Positions 61,301-64,000 of a DNA stretch of 64,000 nucleotides are shown here, piece by piece. Made by a program: the position numbers and the translations under genes. The notes below the pieces were generated by a model. It saw nothing but the letters and a program-made list of their open reading frames with translations. It did not search any database and was not told the origin of the DNA. The number at the start of each line of letters is the position of its first letter. The stretch's first letter is position 1. The stretch spans positions 134,106,001 to 134,170,000 of the forward strand of contig OZ024743.1 of NCBI GenBank assembly GCA_964016885.1, in the 5' to 3' direction. The stretch is from Eledone cirrhosa. Lineage: Eukaryota.

Positions 61301-61739
61301 TTGGTGTTTGGTGCTTGGTGCTTGGTGTTTGGTGTTATATGCTTGGTGTTTGATGCTTGGTGCTTGGTGCTTGGTGTTTGGTGTTTGGTGTTTGATGCTT
61401 GGTGCTTGGTGTTTGGTGCTTGGTGTTTGGTGTTTGTACTTGGTGCTTGGTGCTTGGTGCTTGGTGTTTGGTGCTTGGTGCTTGGTGCTTGGTGCTTGGT
61501 CCTTGGTGCTTGGTGTTTGGTGGTTGGTGTTTGGTGCTTGGTGTTAGGTGTTTGGTGCTTGGTGCTTGGTGTTTGGTGTTTGGTGCTTGGTGTTTGGTGT
61601 TTGGTGCTTGGTGTTTGGTGCTTGGTACTTGGTGCTTGGTGCTTGGTGTTAGGTGTTTGGTGCTTGGTGTTTGGTGCTTGGTGTTTGGTGCTTGGTGCTT
61701 GGTGATTGGTGCTTGGTGTTTGGTGGTTGGTGTTTGGTG

Positions 61740-64000
61740 CTTGGTGTTTGGTGCTTGGTGTTTGGTGTTTGGTGCTTGGTGTTTGGTGTTTGGTGCTTGG
61801 TGTTTGGTGCTTTTTGCTTGGTAGTTGGTGCTTGGTGTTTGGTGCTGGGTGCTTGGTGCTTGGTGTTTGGTGTTATATGCTTGGTGTTTGATGCTTGGTG
61901 CTTGGTGCTTGGTGTTTGGTGTTTGGTGCTTGGTGTTTGATGCTTGGTGCTTGGTGCTTGGTGTTTGGTGCTTGGTGCTTGGTGTTTGGTGCTTGGTGCT
62001 TGGTGTTTGGTGCTTGGTGTTTGGTGCTTGGTGCTTGGTGTTTGGTGGTTGGTGCTTGGTGCTTGGTGTTAGGTGTTTGGTGCTTGGTGCTTGGTGTCTG
62101 GTTTTTGGTGCTTGGTGCTTGGTGTTTGGTGCTTGTTGCTGGCTGCTTGGTGTTTGGTGCTTGGTGATTGGTGCTTGGTGTTTGGTGCTTGGTGTTTGGT
62201 GTTTGGTGCTTGGTGTTTGTACTTGGTGTTTGGTGCTTGGTGTTTGGTGCTAGGTGCTTGGTGTTTGGTGCTTGGTGCTTGGTGTTTGGTGCCTGGTGCT
62301 TGGTGTTTGGTGTTTGGTGTTTGGTGCTTGGTGCTTGGTGTTTGGTGTTTGCTGTTTGCTGTTTGGTGTTTGTTGTTTGGTGTTTGTTGTTTGGTGTTTG
62401 CTGTTTGGTGTTTGGTATTTGCTTTTTGGTGTTTGGTGTTTGATGTATGTTGTTTGCTGTTTGGTGTTTGGTGTTTGGTGTTTGGTGCTTGGTGCTTGGT
62501 GTTTGGTGCTTGGTGCTTGGTGTTTGGTGTTTGGTGCTTGGTGCTTGGAGTTTGGTGTTTGGTGCTTGGTGCTTGGTGTTTCGTGTTTCGTGTTTGGTTT
62601 TTGGTGCTTGGTGCTTGGTGCTTGGTCCTTGGTGTTTGGTGCTGGGTGCATTGTGTTTGGTGCTTGGCGCTTGGTGCTTGGTGCTTGGTGTTTGGTGTTT
62701 GCTGCTTGGTGTTTGATGCTTGGTGCTTGGTGCTTGGTGTTTTACGCTTGGTGCTTGGTGCTTGGTGTTTGGTGCTTGGTGCTTGGTGCTTGGTGTTTGT
62801 ACTTGGTGCTTGGTGATTGGTGTTTGGTTCTTGGTTCTTGGTGTTTGGTGTTTGGCGTTTGGTGTTTGGTGCTTGGTGCTTGGTGTTTGGTGCTTGGTGC
62901 TTGGTGTTTGGTGCCTGGTGCTTGGTGCTTGGTGTTTGGTGTTTGGTGCTTGGTGCTTGGTGCTTGGAGTTTGGTGTTTGGTGCTTGGTGCTTTGTGTTT
63001 TGTGTTCGGTGTTTGGTTTTTGGTGCTTGGTGCTTGGTCCTTGGTGTTTGGTGCTGGGTGCTTTGTGTTTGGTGCTTGGTGCTTGGTGTTTGGTGTTTGC
63101 TGCTTGGTGTTTGATGCTTGGTGCTTGGTGCTTGGTGTTTTGTGTTTGGTGCTTGGTTCTTGGTGTTTGGTGCTTGGTGCTTGGTACTTGGTGTTTGTAC
63201 TTGGTGCTTGGTGCTTGGTGTTTGGTTCTTGGTTCTTGGTGTTTGGTACTTGGTGCTTGGTGCTTGATGTTTGGTGTTTGGTGCTTGGTGTTTGGTGCTT
63301 GGTGCTTGGTGCTTGGTGTTAGGTGTTTGGTGCTTGGTCCTTGGTGTTTGGTGCTTGGTGTTTGGTGTTTGCTGTTTGGTGTTTGGTGTTTCGTGTTTGC
63401 TGTTTGCTGTTTGGTGTCTGCTTTTTGGTGTTTGCTGTTTGGTGTCTGCTTTTTGGTGTTTAGTGTTTGCTGTATGGTGTTTGGTGTTTGCTGTTTGGTG
63501 TTTGGTCTTTGGTGCTTGGTGTTTGGTGCTTGGTGCTTGGTGTTTGGTGTTTGGTGCTTGGTGCTTGGTGTTTGGTGTTTGGTGCTTGGTGTTTGGTGTT
63601 TGGTGCTTGGTGTCTGGTGCTTGGTGTTTGGTGTTTGGTGTTTGGTGCTTGGTGCTTGGTGTTTGGTGTTTGGTGTTTGGTGCTTGGTGTCTGGTGCTTG
63701 GTGTTTGGTGTTTGGTGCTTGGTGTTTGGTGTTTGGTGTTTGGTGCTTGGTGTCTGGTGCTTGGTGTTTGGTGTTTGGTGCTTGGTGTTTGGTGTTTGGT
63801 GTTTGGTGCTTGGTGCTTGGTGCTTGGTGTTTTGTGTTTGGTGCTTGGTGCTTGGTGTTTGGTGCTTGGTGCTGGGTGGTTGGTGTTTGGTGCTTGGTGT
63901 TTGGTGCTGGGTGCTTGGTGTTTGGTGCTGGGTGCTTGGTATTTGGTGCTTGGTGCTTGGTCTTTGGTGCTTGGTGTTTGGTGCTTGGTGCTTGGTGTTT
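61740..64000. repeat. Dispersed copy of the ~36150..38430 block (offset ~25.57-25.61 kb)
   Basis: ORF pairs 36288/61895, 36466/62073 and 36561/62168 are offset by 25607, and 37148/62720 by 25572. Rare markers GGGTGCATTG, TTGGCGCTTGG and TTTTRCGC occur in the same order in both blocks. Confidence 0.85.

Larger units (their letters stand above)
1..64000. repeat. Heptanucleotide tandem satellite array (TTGGTGY)n, about 9,100 monomers, single orientation, truncated by both window edges
   Basis: TTGGTGC and TTGGTGT monomers are interspersed from base 1 to 64000 with only scattered substitutions and rare 6-, 8- or 9-bp monomers. No unique-sequence interruption or inversion was seen. Confidence 0.99.

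Noticed and set aside
2196-62651. Minus-strand ORFs encoding T-K-H-Q-A/T-P-S/N repeats (mucin-like or CTD-like heptads)
   Set aside because: They are the reverse complement of the same satellite. The ATG starts come from sporadic CAT variants copied by duplication, no frame is preferred, and the heptad is not the RNA polymerase II YSPTSPS.
15-63322. Hundreds of long + strand ORFs (up to 802 aa) encoding hydrophobic W-C-L-V-L/F-G-A/V heptads, superficially like membrane or Cys-rich proteins
   Set aside because: A 7-bp period with almost no A gives the same stop-poor peptide in all three overlapping frames. Most starts are TTG/GTG, there are no unique domains, and hexamer monomers shift frame freely. 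These are satellite artefacts.
42-63325. Scattered TTAGG (arthropod telomere motif)
   Set aside because: It occurs only as isolated single-substitution monomers (T-TAGGTGT) and never as tandem (TTAGG)n.
5097-63880. GCTGGGTGG resembling the E. coli Chi site GCTGGTGG
   Set aside because: It is not an exact match, it arises from two adjacent variant monomers, and nothing suggests an enterobacterial context.
1-64000. CRISPR array or repeat-spacer system
   Set aside because: There are no unique spacers, as everything between recurrent motifs is the same 7-mer. No leader or cas genes are present.
1-64000. Identity with known heptamer repeats (Drosophila virilis ACAAACT family; cyanobacterial STRR heptamers)
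   Set aside because: The monomer sequence differs (RCACCAA), and bacterial heptamer tracts are short and interspersed among genes. No taxonomic assignment can be supported.
1-64000. Pure sequencing or low-complexity artefact
   Set aside because: Rare variants recur in fixed order and at arithmetically consistent offsets across kilobase duplications, which random error would not produce. The copy number of individual blocks could still be mis-assembled.

Overview
The whole 64-kb window is one uninterrupted simple-sequence satellite built on the 7-bp monomer TTGGTG(C/T) (reverse complement (A/G)CACCAA). That is roughly 9,100 copies by 64000/7, all in one orientation, with an extreme strand bias (+ strand almost entirely T/G, with A rare). 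I find no credible gene, RNA gene, transposon or CRISPR array. The ORFs are a by-product of the 7-bp period, which gives the same W-C-L-V-(L/F)-G-(A/V) heptad in all three + frames and T-K-H-Q-(A/T)-P-(S/N) on the - strand. The real information lies in rare variant monomers, which reveal hidden higher-order structure: near-identical duplications with periods of 2685, 1594/1783, 3511, 2708 and 4452 bp, a match about 25.6 kb apart, many short local duplications, recurrent ordered variant cassettes, a fixed 6-bp monomer (TTGTAC), and a switch of diagnostic variants near 26-30 kb that splits the array into two sub-domains. The organism and chromosomal role (centromeric, subtelomeric or other heterochromatin) cannot be determined from this window. 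All coordinates and offsets were read by eye from marker variants and the ORF track, so block edges are approximate.
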